Shown here piece after piece: positions 29,272 through 39,187 of a stretch of 64,000 bases of DNA. Numbering within the stretch: position 1 is the first letter of the stretch; every line of letters begins with the position of its first letter. The DNA comes from Candidatus Saccharimonadia bacterium (GTDB lineage Bacteria > Patescibacteriota > Saccharimonadia > UBA4664 > SCTI01), in the NCBI GenBank assembly GCA_046597065.1, contig JBKJLI010000002.1, positions 116,071-180,070 of the forward strand, in the 5' to 3' direction. Under the pieces are notes generated by a model. The model worked only from the letters and a program-made list of their open reading frames with translations. It was not told where the DNA came from and made no database searches. The translations under genes were made by a program, and so were the position numbers.

Positions 29272-29336
29272 GGTGGTCACTTTAGTTAATTTCCCCTGGA
29301 TTATTCGGTTATGTAACACTGCTAATATACACGAAA

Positions 29337-29376
29337 GCCCTCACGCAGGAGTGCTTTCGCATTTCCGCATGAGGGC
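29337..29376 (-). terminator. hairpin ending cassette 5
   Basis: Minus strand GCCCUCAUGCGGAAAUGC-GAAA-GCACUCCUGCGUGAGGGC then UUU. Confidence 0.6.
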
Positions 29377-29379
29377 GGG

Positions 29380-29838
29380 TTAGAAGTCGAGCTTCTTGAG
29401 AACGATGGTTGCATCGAATTCGCCGGGCTCGCCCTCGCCGGTCAGGGTTGCGAAAACGCTTTCGTAGCTGAAAAGGCTAAGCATACCAACGCGCCTCCTC
29501 ACGACCCGCTCGGCTATATCTAGGCCGACGATCGAGACGTAGAATTCATTGATGGCGAGGTGCGGCGTACTGGGGTCGGGGTCGCTGGTAGAGGATTCGA
29601 AAAGCTCCACCATAACAACCAGGTCGCCCAGCACGAAGTACTTGGGGAGCACCACACGATTAGTGAGAACTGTGAGATTCTCCTTCATCGTTGCGGCAAC
29701 ACGTTGCATCTTGTTCGTGATGATGTGATCGATGGCTGCTCGCGCCCGCTCACGCTGCTGGATGGATTCCTGTTCGGCGACGACCAGGGCGGCCGCGCGT
29801 GATCCTTGGTCTTCGACGACTCTCTTTAAGATACTCAT
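29380..29838 (-). CDS. orphan hypothetical protein, 152 aa; cassette 5
   Basis: SD GAAAGG 6 nt before ATG; promoter TTTACT-17-TAATAT (29899-29871). Confidence 0.75.
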   Translation of the reverse strand: MSILKRVVEDQGSRAAALVVAEQESIQQRERARAAIDHIITNKMQRVAATMKENLTVLTNRVVLPKYFVLGDLVVMVELFESSTSDPDPSTPHLAINEFYVSIVGLDIAERVVRRRVGMLSLFSYESVFATLTGEGEPGEFDATIVLKKLDF

Positions 29839-29927
29839 GTGCCACCTTTCGTAGAGGCAGAAGTAGGCGTATATTACTACAACATTAAAAAATAGTAAAT
29901 ACTAGTTTTCGAGATGAGAATAATTCC

Positions 29928-30004
29928 TGGTGGGCGATGAGGGATTCGAACCCGCGACCCCCTCGGTGTAAACGAGGTGCTCTAACCAGCTGAGCTAATC
30001 GCCC
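29928..30004 (-). tRNA. tRNA-Val(TAC)
   Basis: Cloverleaf, anticodon TAC, GGTTCGAATCC, CCA. Confidence 0.95.
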
Positions 30005-30115
30005 GAACCCCAGTATGGTAGCAGTTTAAATCTGACGAGTGAAGAGGTTGGCTGGATAATGGCGGCTGACAACAGGTTGAGCTCCGTGTATAATTTGAAG
30101 ATCCCACTCAAATAC

Positions 30116-30189
30116 GGCACTGTGGCGGAGTGGTTACGCAGCGGTCTGCAAAACCGCGTACGCCGGTTCAATTCCGGTCGGTGCCTCCA
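30116..30189 (+). tRNA. tRNA-Cys(GCA)
   Basis: Anticodon GCA, U73 discriminator, CCA. Confidence 0.95.
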
Positions 30190-30276
30190 GGGAGAGTGGT
30201 GGAATCGGTATACACGACGGACTTAAAATCCGTTGCCCATACGGGCTTGAGGGTTCAAGTCCCTCCTCTCCCACCA
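30190..30276 (+). tRNA. tRNA-Leu(TAA)
   Basis: Anticodon TAA, long variable arm, CCA. Confidence 0.95.
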
Positions 30277-30391
30277 GCAATTATTATTATTGGCTTTACA
30301 ACCTAAATTCAAAGTGCTTGTGCTTTATACTTTAACGCGGTATAAATGCATAAGAAAAGAAAAAATACTAATTTTACTGATAACGCTATCT

Positions 30392-32218
30392 ATGTCAACG
30401 AAACCAAAAACTCAATCTAACATTTCCTCTGCGTTATCTAGCAATGGACTTCTTCGACACGGACAAAATTTATCAAAACGTAAGCTGATAGTAATAGCTC
30501 TCATATTAGGGTTGGTAGGCATTTATGTGGTTTACCGGTCGTTAGCGTCGGGTGCCGTCGGCAGTGTTGAGGGGGAGTCCTTAAGCGGCAGCGGAACAGT
30601 TATATCGTCTACCACTGCAAGTAACGGAAAGTATCTACAGATCAATAGCGCGACGGTTACTGCCGGCACAATTACCACCACGGCACCAGCTACAACCTTG
30701 AGCGTAGCAGCCAGTGGTATACAGTGCCATGGTGCGCCGCAGGTAAGCATTAAGATTGATGGCAGTCAGGCTTTGGTCGCTAGCGTCTCAAACTCTAGTG
30801 GTTGGGTTAATTACACCGCAAATATTCCAATTTCTCAGGGTACTCATGCAATCAGCGCGGAATTAAAAAATCCATTGACCAGAGGTAAATGCAGTCGTGC
30901 ACTTAATCTTGATGTTGTCAGAGCATTAGACAATAGTTCGACCGACACCACGCCTCCGGGCGTTTCGATCGCCAACCCTTCTAACGGATCTACGGTTTCT
31001 GGAACGGTAAACATTGCAGCTTCGGCTTCAGATAATGTGGGTGTCACAAAAGTAGAATTCTACGTGAATAATTCGTTGTCGAACATGGTATCAGCATCGC
31101 CATACAACCTAAGCTGGGATACAACATTAGTAGCTAATGGAGCCTACAGTTTGGTGGCTAAAGCGTATGATGCTGCTGGCAATGTGACACCTTCTGCTGC
31201 AGTTAACGTGACTGTAGCAAACAATGCCTCAACTTTAGGCGCTTCGCTTCCGCCACCACTCCCAGAATCTAGTGGCAGCAAGGTTAGCGGATCGACTACG
31301 ACCGCGCTGTCCACCTTGGTGAGTGGGCTCAGTGCTGGAACAACACTTTGTTTACACGGCGGCGTTTATGGCCAAGGGCAAACATCGTCAGTAACATTAT
31401 CAGCGTCCGGAACTGCCTCAAACCCAATTACAATTGAATCGTGTACTGGGGAGACGGCTCAAATCGCGCAGCTAATTAAAGTAACTGGGAATTATATCAG
31501 GTTACGGAATTTGAAAATCATTCGAAATAACTACCCAACCGATAGCCGCTACGGACAGAGCGGCACGAGCCCAGGAGGTAATGTCGGCATATGGCTGACT
31601 GGACAGCATGTGACTCTTGAGCACTCTGAAATCACGGGTGCGACAATGTCGGGGATATTTGGAGGCGGGGCATATGATCAGATAATTTCTAACTATGTAC
31701 ACAACAACGGCACAACTCCCGATGATCATGGCATCTACTACACTAGCAATAACTCATTAATAGCCAATAACCTGTTTGTCGCGAACTATGACTTCGGCAT
31801 ACAGCTCGGATATACCAGTACGTATGGCAATGTGGTGGCTAATAATACTACAGTCCAGAATGGTTTTGGTAATCCATCTTACCCTGGATCTGGCACGGTT
31901 ACCTTTTCGGGGACAAGTTCAAACTTGTTTGTAAACAATATTTCGGCTGGTAACGCCCAGTATGGATTCAAGACATACGATACAACCAACACACTATCTC
32001 ATAATGATGCATTTAATAACCCTGCCGGTGTGAGCAGTGGTAACTATGCTTCAATCGCCGCGATGCTTAGCACTAACCCGCTATTTGTATCGACTAGTGA
32101 CTTTCATTTGCAATCTGGGAGCCCGGCCATTGGATACGGTGATCCGGCTTATACTCCTCAAACAGATTACTATGGTAACCAGAGAAGCAGCGCCGACCTT
32201 GGCGCCATAGCACACTAG
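30392..32218 (+). CDS. membrane-anchored surface protein: CBM-like, Ig-like (Big) and right-handed beta-helix domains
   Basis: TM; DTTPP.VSI..P...TVSG...ASDNVGV..VEFYV...AYDAAGN; Asn-rich beta-helix; DFHLQSGSPAI. Confidence 0.85.
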   Translation: MSTKPKTQSNISSALSSNGLLRHGQNLSKRKLIVIALILGLVGIYVVYRSLASGAVGSVEGESLSGSGTVISSTTASNGKYLQINSATVTAGTITTTAPATTLSVAASGIQCHGAPQVSIKIDGSQALVASVSNSSGWVNYTANIPISQGTHAISAELKNPLTRGKCSRALNLDVVRALDNSSTDTTPPGVSIANPSNGSTVSGTVNIAASASDNVGVTKVEFYVNNSLSNMVSASPYNLSWDTTLVANGAYSLVAKAYDAAGNVTPSAAVNVTVANNASTLGASLPPPLPESSGSKVSGSTTTALSTLVSGLSAGTTLCLHGGVYGQGQTSSVTLSASGTASNPITIESCTGETAQIAQLIKVTGNYIRLRNLKIIRNNYPTDSRYGQSGTSPGGNVGIWLTGQHVTLEHSEITGATMSGIFGGGAYDQIISNYVHNNGTTPDDHGIYYTSNNSLIANNLFVANYDFGIQLGYTSTYGNVVANNTTVQNGFGNPSYPGSGTVTFSGTSSNLFVNNISAGNAQYGFKTYDTTNTLSHNDAFNNPAGVSSGNYASIAAMLSTNPLFVSTSDFHLQSGSPAIGYGDPAYTPQTDYYGNQRSSADLGAIAH

Positions 32219-32317
32219 TAATAAGTTGTTAGTTTGGATTGTGAGTGATCATAATTTTGCTGCCAACAGTGCTTAAAAGTGGTAAAATAGGGTTAGATTA
32301 TTTATGAGGCAGCAACC

Positions 32318-32872
32318 ATGAGCATTTGGATTATTGTAGGGATTCTAGTCGTCATAGTCGGCGGTGTGGTCGTAATATTTAACGGGCTTGTCACCAATAA
32401 GCAGCGGGTTGATGAGGCTTGGAGTGATATTAATGTTTTGCTTAAGCGACGTTATGATTTGATTCCGAACTTAGTCACTACGGTTAAGGGTTACGCCACT
32501 CATGAATCGAAAGTTTTTGAGGGTGTTAGTGCAGCCCGCTCGGCCGCTATGGGCGCAAGCGGAATTCAAGATAAGGCTAAGGCCGAAAACCAGCTTGAGG
32601 GCACGCTAAAGAGCTTGTTCGCAGTTTCCGAGGCCTATCCTGATCTAAAGGCCAACCAAAACTTTCAGCAGTTGCAGGAAGAGTTAGTTGATACTGAAGA
32701 TAAGATTCAAGCTGCCCGACGTTTTTACAACGGTACGGTGCGCGACTTTAACACTAAGCTTGGTGTATTTCCCACCAACATGTTCGGTGGGATGCTGGGC
32801 TTTAAGGCTCGAGAATTTTTTGAGGCCGACAATCAGGCGGCAATCAATGAGCCGGTTGAGGTTAAGTTTTAA
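32318..32872 (+). CDS. lemA: LemA family protein
   Basis: AWS.I...LKRRYDLIPNLV, AYPDLKAN, RRFYN. Confidence 0.95.
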   Translation: MSIWIIVGILVVIVGGVVVIFNGLVTNKQRVDEAWSDINVLLKRRYDLIPNLVTTVKGYATHESKVFEGVSAARSAAMGASGIQDKAKAENQLEGTLKSLFAVSEAYPDLKANQNFQQLQEELVDTEDKIQAARRFYNGTVRDFNTKLGVFPTNMFGGMLGFKAREFFEADNQAAINEPVEVKF

Positions 32873-32882
32873 GTAGGCGAAG

Positions 32883-33377
32883 TTGATGCAGGATCTGAGT
32901 AACACTTATGCCTGGGATGAGTCACTAGCTTTAGCGGCGGCGGCGGTTCGTGCTTGCGAAGAGTTTAGTGATGCTGAACACAACGTATTGGTGTGGCATT
33001 TGCGTCAGTTGGTAGTTGATTTACCGGCCGGTGTGGTGGCCGATTTGCAGGCTAAACGGCCGGCTAGCCGGGACGCATTGGTGAAATTAGAGGTAGTCAT
33101 GGCTCTAATCAAAAAAATATATCCCGCTATCGATTTATTGGAACTTGAGGACACCCATCAAACCCTAGTGGCGCGAATGGATGGCCAATTTGCTGCTTCA
33201 AAGCCGTATACTACTGATAAGGGGTCTGAGCTTGCTGAACATGAGCAAGCTATCAGTGTAAGCAAACCAGTTGAAGTGGAGCCCGCAGGTGCTGACGATC
33301 CTGATGCAGAAACGGATATACTTGCGTCAACGCAGCCGGCGACCTTGGTTAGCGTACCGATAACAACTTCTAAATAA
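32883..33377 (+). CDS. degenerate four-helix-bundle (23S rRNA IVP-like) protein with acidic tail
   Basis: W..S..LA.......F...E...L...LR...V.LP pattern. Confidence 0.55.
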   Translation: MMQDLSNTYAWDESLALAAAAVRACEEFSDAEHNVLVWHLRQLVVDLPAGVVADLQAKRPASRDALVKLEVVMALIKKIYPAIDLLELEDTHQTLVARMDGQFAASKPYTTDKGSELAEHEQAISVSKPVEVEPAGADDPDAETDILASTQPATLVSVPITTSK

Positions 33378-33378
33378 A

Positions 33379-34260
33379 ATGTATACAGAAATTGCCGCAA
33401 ACAAGCGGAAAACCTTTTTATTATTGGCCATATTTGTTGCCTTTATTTCGACGCTAGGTTATCTTTTTGGCATTGGCAGCGGTAGCCCCACACTGTTTTA
33501 CTGGGTGGGAATAGGATCTTTAATATACTCGATCGTAACGTACTGGTTTTCGGATAAGATCGCATTGGGCATGAGCCGAGCAAAACCGATCACCAAGGCT
33601 GAAGCCCCTCAACTATATCGATTGGTTGAAAACCTTAGTATTACGGCCGGATTACCGATGCCCAAGGTTTATATTATTCAAGACCCATCACCGAACGCTT
33701 TTGCGACCGGTCGTGGACCCAAAAATGCCGCCGTGGCGGTAACTTCTGGCTTACTTGAGCGTCTAGATAAACCCGAGCTCGAGGGCGTACTTGCACATGA
33801 AATGAGTCACGTTGGCAACTATGATATTCGGCTAATGAGCGCGGTGACCGCTCTTGTAAGTTTAGTTGCATTTATTAGCGACTTCTTTTTTCGCATGACA
33901 CTGTTTAGTGATGATGACAACAGAAGTCCAGCCAGTTTTGCGATTGGCCTATTGGCAGCGATTTTAGCCCCATTAATTGCGACCGTGATTCAACTAGCGA
34001 TTTCGCGGCGGCGAGAGTACTTAGCCGATGCATCGGCAGCCTTGCTTACGCGCTATCCCGAAGGTCTGGCATTGGCATTAGAAAAAATTTCACAAGCCCC
34101 ACCAATGCAACGAAGCTCAAATGCCACTGCTCACCTATATATATCAAGCCCAACCGGTAAAAGTAAGGGTCTAGGTGGTATTATGGCCAATTTGTTTAGC
34201 ACCCATCCGCCAATCGAAGACCGAGTTAACCGTCTGCGTGAAATGGGCCACAAGTTATGA
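33379..34260 (+). CDS. htpX: zinc metalloprotease HtpX (M48)
   Basis: PNAFATG, HEMSH, SRRREYLAD, STHPP. Confidence 0.95.
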   Translation: MYTEIAANKRKTFLLLAIFVAFISTLGYLFGIGSGSPTLFYWVGIGSLIYSIVTYWFSDKIALGMSRAKPITKAEAPQLYRLVENLSITAGLPMPKVYIIQDPSPNAFATGRGPKNAAVAVTSGLLERLDKPELEGVLAHEMSHVGNYDIRLMSAVTALVSLVAFISDFFFRMTLFSDDDNRSPASFAIGLLAAILAPLIATVIQLAISRRREYLADASAALLTRYPEGLALALEKISQAPPMQRSSNATAHLYISSPTGKSKGLGGIMANLFSTHPPIEDRVNRLREMGHKL

Positions 34261-35057
34261 CAACTTTTACTAAGCGCCTTAAAAAGACGGCCAAAATCCC
34301 TAAACCAGTGCTGATTGGCTTTATGCCTTTACTTAAAAGTAGCTGGAGCGAGTGGCGCCTGTGGTGGCGCCCGCTGATATTGCTTGCAGCAGTTGTAGGC
34401 ATCCCAGTAGCAGTGGCATCAACTTTTTTGCTCGATACTGGTAGTGATAGCGCCCTTTCGGCCTATCTGACTTTAGCTCAGTTGATCATGAACACGGCCT
34501 TAATTTACGCTGTGTTCCTGCTGCGGGTCGATGCCAAGCGACAGCTGAGCCCTGGACGGGTTTATTATGATTCCTCGGTTGTGCTAGTGCGGATAATCCT
34601 GACCACGGCGCTTTTAGGACTGCTTGCGCTGCCCTTACTTTTGGGAGTTTTAATAATCGCATATGGCATCGTTTTACCAGGCGTAGCACTGGGCGCTGGC
34701 GAACAAGCATTGATTATTTTGCTATCGTTGCTGGCGTTGGTACCGGGATTTTACGTCATAACTCGTAGCTGGGCTTCTATATACGTTTTGTTCGAAAGCC
34801 CGGATGGTCCAATAGCTTCACTAAGAATGAGCTGGCGCTTAACTAAGGGCGTAACCACTGGTGTGTTCAACCGATTATTTGGGTTAGCAGGTTTAACTAT
34901 GCTTGTTTTGATTGTACCAACCGGAATATTACTGTTTAGCCAAAACTACTTTCATTCAAACCTCTTCGGTTTTGCCTTACAGCTAATGCTTTCGTTACTA
35001 GTTCTGCCATTTACAACGCTTTATTTAACAAAGTTGTACCAGGAGCTGCCACGGTGA
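34257..35057 (+). CDS. multi-pass membrane protein
   Basis: About 6 TM, P..SL..SW.LTKG motif. Confidence 0.75.
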   Translation: MTTFTKRLKKTAKIPKPVLIGFMPLLKSSWSEWRLWWRPLILLAAVVGIPVAVASTFLLDTGSDSALSAYLTLAQLIMNTALIYAVFLLRVDAKRQLSPGRVYYDSSVVLVRIILTTALLGLLALPLLLGVLIIAYGIVLPGVALGAGEQALIILLSLLALVPGFYVITRSWASIYVLFESPDGPIASLRMSWRLTKGVTTGVFNRLFGLAGLTMLVLIVPTGILLFSQNYFHSNLFGFALQLMLSLLVLPFTTLYLTKLYQELPR

Positions 35058-37069
35058 ATCGCACCGAGGCTGCTAAGCGAGTGGCCAAGTTGCGAGAACT
35101 TCTTAACCAGTACCGTTTTCATTACTACGTTCAGGACAATCCCACGGTAGATGATGGGGTTTATGATTCATTAAATGTCGAGCTACGTGAGCTAGAAGCC
35201 AGATACCCTGATTTAATCACATCAGATTCACCAACACAGCGGGTTGGTGCTAAGCCGACTAGCGGTTTTAAGTCGGCGCCTCATCTTTCACCAATGCTGA
35301 GCCTGAATGATGTTTTTGATTACAATGAGGTAGAAGCTTGGGTTGTCAGGTTGCAAAAGCTACTTGCGGAGCGGTTTAAGCCACAGTTTTATGGTGAGAT
35401 TAAGATGGATGGCTTGGCCGCTTCATTAATATATCAAGACGGAGTTTTGTCCCAAGGATTAACTCGAGGTGACGGTCGTAATGGCGAGGATGTAACCGAC
35501 AATTTGCGCACTATCGAATCGATACCATTGCGGTTACATGCTAATAAGTCGGCGCCATCCTCGGTTTATAAAGGTCGCTTTGAGGTTCGCGGTGAGGTGC
35601 TTTTATACAAAGCCGCCTTTGAGCGTCTTAACCAACAACGTGTCAATGCCGACAAACCACTGTTTGCCAACCCCCGCAATACTGCCGCCGGTACCATTCG
35701 CCAGTTGGATCCTAAATTGGTGGCTGAACGCGGCTTAAGCTTTCACGTATATGGCGTCGTTACTGATGTAGATGGCATTAATACTCATGCCGATGAACAC
35801 GAATTGGCAGCCAAACTTGGGTTTAAGGTAGAGGCAAACAGCCTTAGATTAGACTCTACCACTGCGATTATAAAGTATTTAGACATCTGGGAAGAAAAGC
35901 GCAAACAACTGCCATACAATACCGATGGCATCGTTGTAACCCTGAATGATCGATCTGATTACCAGCGCGTCGGGGTGGCGGGCCGAGCACCTCGCGGCTC
36001 AGTTGCATATAAATTTCAGGCCGAACAAGCAACCACAAAGCTTAAAGATATTCAGGTAAGTATTGGGCGAACTGGGGCCGCCACCCCCTTTGCCGTCCTC
36101 GAACCAGTACATATTGCCGGCTCTACCGTGCAAATGGCTACCCTGCATAATGCCAGCGAAGTAGCTCGTAAGGATGTACGCATTGGCGACACAGTCATTG
36201 TTCAAAAGGCTGGTGATATTATTCCAGAAGTGGTGTGCAGTTTGCCAGATTTGCGCACCGGGAATGAAAAGACTTTCGTGATGCCTAAGAACTGCCCGGT
36301 TTGTAAAGAGCCGTTGTACAAACGTGATCAAGATGCGATTTGGCGTTGCGTAAATTTTGATTGCCCAGCTCTAGAAAGCGGTCGGATAATTCATTTTGCT
36401 AGTAAAACTGCTTTTGACATTGAAGGACTAGGTGAAAAAAATGTCGATGCCTTGCTAGATGCCAGGTTAATTAAAGATGTTGCCGATCTGTTTAAGCTAA
36501 CAACTACTAAGTTAGAAGGGCTAGAGCGATTTGCGGCAGTTTCGGCTGCCAAGCTTGTGGATGCAATCCAAACCAAAAAGTCGGTGTCTTTGGATCGCTT
36601 TATTTATGGGTTGGGAATTCGCCATGTTGGCCAACAAACCGCTGTTGATATTGCCAACTATTTTGGTAGTTTGGCCAAGTTTACGACTGCCGATTTAAAA
36701 ACCTTGCAGCAAGTCCCTGGTATTGGAAATGTGGTGGCGACCAGCGTTCAAGATTGGCTAGAATCTCAGCGGCACCAAGAACTATTGCGCAAACTAGAGC
36801 TGGCGGGTGTGCAGCCAATCGCGATTAAACGGGTCAAAGGCCCTCTAACGGGTAAACAGTTTGTAATCACCGGTACGCTCGTAAGCTTTAGTCGTGAACA
36901 GGCCGGCGAGCGTTTGGCCAGCCTGGGAGGCAAGCTGCAGAATGCTGTAACGTCTGAAACCAACTACGTGGTAGTAGGTGATTCACCTGGTGCTAGCAAA
37001 CTGGCCAAGTCCGCCAAACTTGGAATAGATCAAATTGATGAAGGCAAACTGCTGAAACTGCTCAACTAA
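35054..37069 (+). CDS. ligA: NAD-dependent DNA ligase
   Basis: KMDG, FANPRN, GRTG, Zn finger, HhH, BRCT. Confidence 0.98.
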   Translation: MNRTEAAKRVAKLRELLNQYRFHYYVQDNPTVDDGVYDSLNVELRELEARYPDLITSDSPTQRVGAKPTSGFKSAPHLSPMLSLNDVFDYNEVEAWVVRLQKLLAERFKPQFYGEIKMDGLAASLIYQDGVLSQGLTRGDGRNGEDVTDNLRTIESIPLRLHANKSAPSSVYKGRFEVRGEVLLYKAAFERLNQQRVNADKPLFANPRNTAAGTIRQLDPKLVAERGLSFHVYGVVTDVDGINTHADEHELAAKLGFKVEANSLRLDSTTAIIKYLDIWEEKRKQLPYNTDGIVVTLNDRSDYQRVGVAGRAPRGSVAYKFQAEQATTKLKDIQVSIGRTGAATPFAVLEPVHIAGSTVQMATLHNASEVARKDVRIGDTVIVQKAGDIIPEVVCSLPDLRTGNEKTFVMPKNCPVCKEPLYKRDQDAIWRCVNFDCPALESGRIIHFASKTAFDIEGLGEKNVDALLDARLIKDVADLFKLTTTKLEGLERFAAVSAAKLVDAIQTKKSVSLDRFIYGLGIRHVGQQTAVDIANYFGSLAKFTTADLKTLQQVPGIGNVVATSVQDWLESQRHQELLRKLELAGVQPIAIKRVKGPLTGKQFVITGTLVSFSREQAGERLASLGGKLQNAVTSETNYVVVGDSPGASKLAKSAKLGIDQIDEGKLLKLLN

Positions 37070-37122
37070 CTATACAAATAGAAGTATTGACGTTAATCGT
37101 AATTGGCGTCAACATGATGTAA

Positions 37123-38058
37123 GTGAATATTATCGAAGTCCGCAATTTACGTAAGCGCTATAAGAAGGCAGATACCGACGCCGTTAAAAACATCTCTTTT
37201 GATGTTAAAGAGGGTGAGTTTTTTGCTTTTTTGGGTCCAAACGGTGCCGGCAAAACCACTACTATTTCAATTTTGACTACCACGCTAACTAAGACAGCTG
37301 GCAGTGTCAAAATCGCCGGTTTTGATTTGGATGCCGACCAAGATGAGGTCCGCCGCAACATTGGAATTATTTTTCAAAGCCCCAGTTTAGATCTGAACCT
37401 CAGTGGCGAAGAAAACATTCGTTTTCACGCCTCGTTATATGGCGTTTACGGTTTTCGCCCAAGTATAAAACTAATGCCTAAGGATTACAAAAAACGAATT
37501 GGTGAGCTGGCTGCAATTCTAGATATGAAAGATGAAATCTACAAACCGGTTAAAACCTACTCTGGCGGAATGAAGCGAAAACTCGAGATTGTACGTAGCT
37601 TGATTCACCAACCAAAAATACTGTTTTTAGATGAGCCAACTACTGGACTCGATCCCATCAGTCGTAAAAATTTGTGGGAATATATTGACGGTGTACGAAA
37701 AGAGTTTGGAACTACCGTTTTCTTAACCACCCACTATTTGGATGAAGCCGAGGGTGCCGACACCGTAAGTATCATTAACCATGGCAAGATTGTGGTGCAG
37801 GGCCCGCCCGCCAAAATTAAAGAAGATCTTATCAACGAGTATCTTGTTATTGATAGCAAGGAACGCGAAAGCCTCGAAAAAGAGCTAAAGTCCAAGCGGC
37901 TTAAGGTCGAAAATCGCGATGAACTTTGGGTTCAGACCAACGGCAAAAACTTACAGCAGTTGATTGCGGGCATCCAAACTCCGCTAACTAGCTTGCGAAC
38001 CGTTACTCCAACATTAGAGCAAGCTTACGTCGACATAATTGGGGAGCAGGAAGACTAA
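37123..38058 (+). CDS. ABC-2 exporter ATP-binding protein (DrrA-like)
   Basis: GPNGAGKTT, YSGGM, LDEPT. Confidence 0.93.
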   Translation: MNIIEVRNLRKRYKKADTDAVKNISFDVKEGEFFAFLGPNGAGKTTTISILTTTLTKTAGSVKIAGFDLDADQDEVRRNIGIIFQSPSLDLNLSGEENIRFHASLYGVYGFRPSIKLMPKDYKKRIGELAAILDMKDEIYKPVKTYSGGMKRKLEIVRSLIHQPKILFLDEPTTGLDPISRKNLWEYIDGVRKEFGTTVFLTTHYLDEAEGADTVSIINHGKIVVQGPPAKIKEDLINEYLVIDSKERESLEKELKSKRLKVENRDELWVQTNGKNLQQLIAGIQTPLTSLRTVTPTLEQAYVDIIGEQED

Positions 38059-38840
38059 TGAATAGCCAAATCCGCAACCTTAATGCCCTACTTGCTATTT
38101 CATATGGTTCATTTATGCGCTTTATAAAAGATCGACCGCGGGTAATATCGAGCTTGGTTTTCCCAGCAGTAACTATAGGAATTCTGGGCGGAGGAATTGG
38201 CGCTAACATAAAAGGGTATGACTTTATCACCTTTGTGTTCGTCGGAACGGTTGCCAACACCTTGTTTCAAACTACCGCTCAAGGACTTCTAAACCTGGTT
38301 ATCGATCGTGAATCAGGCTTAACCCAAGAACTTTACGTTGCACCGGTATCGCGTGGCATCATCTTTTTGGGCAAGATTTTAGGTGAGGGTGCCGCAGCCT
38401 ATATTCAGGTGTTAGGGGTAATCGCAATTGCTATAATCATGGGCGCAAATGTGACTTCGACTCAGTTAATTCTGAGTATCGTGGCCGGTATCCCAATCGC
38501 GTTGCTGGGAGGCGCCTTTGGAATTGTGTTGATCGCACTGGCCAACAGCCAACAGGCGGCCAACGCATTATTCCCAGTTCTGATTTTGCCGCAGTTTTTC
38601 TTGGCGGGAGTCTTTAACCCTATCAAAAATTTAACTGGACTACTTAATATTCTTAGTCATATAACGCCTTTAAGGTACGCCGTCGATTTTCAGCGTGGTA
38701 TATTTTATCGTGGCTTACCCGAGTACGATTCAGTGGTATTAATGAGTCCTTGGAAGAACCTAATCGTGATTATCGGCTTTTTTATGTTATTCCTGATTGG
38801 CGGTGGCTATATGTACTTGCGCCGCGAACGTAACCGCTAA
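38058..38840 (+). CDS. ABC-2 exporter permease
   Basis: 6 TM, DRE.G....APVSR, PL.YAVD. Confidence 0.9.
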   Translation: MNSQIRNLNALLAISYGSFMRFIKDRPRVISSLVFPAVTIGILGGGIGANIKGYDFITFVFVGTVANTLFQTTAQGLLNLVIDRESGLTQELYVAPVSRGIIFLGKILGEGAAAYIQVLGVIAIAIIMGANVTSTQLILSIVAGIPIALLGGAFGIVLIALANSQQAANALFPVLILPQFFLAGVFNPIKNLTGLLNILSHITPLRYAVDFQRGIFYRGLPEYDSVVLMSPWKNLIVIIGFFMLFLIGGGYMYLRRERNR

Positions 38841-38899
38841 AATTAGTTTGCATAATATCCAGCTTTGCTCCAGGTTGGTTGAGCCGTTACAATAGAAGC

Positions 38900-39187
38900 A
38901 TGTCTAAGATATCTGCAGATGAGGTTCGGCGCATTGCCGAGCTAGCCCAAATTGGCTTAAGCGACGCAGAGGTTGCTAGTTTTAGTACCGATCTCAGTCA
39001 AATCATCGGGTTTGTTGAACAGCTTGAAGCCGTCGACGTTAAGGGTGTTGAGCCAACCGATCAGGTAACCGGCTTGGTTGATATTTGGCGTGAGGATAAG
39101 GTTGAACCGGGCTTGAGCTTAGAGGATTTAAAGCTGAATGCTCCCGATTGGAGTGATGATCAGTTTAAGGTTAAGCGCGTTTTATGA
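38900..39187 (+). CDS. gatC: Asp/Glu-tRNA amidotransferase subunit C
   Basis: IA.LA.I, VEPT, REDKV, NAP; start ATG 38900. Confidence 0.93.
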   Translation: MSKISADEVRRIAELAQIGLSDAEVASFSTDLSQIIGFVEQLEAVDVKGVEPTDQVTGLVDIWREDKVEPGLSLEDLKLNAPDWSDDQFKVKRVL

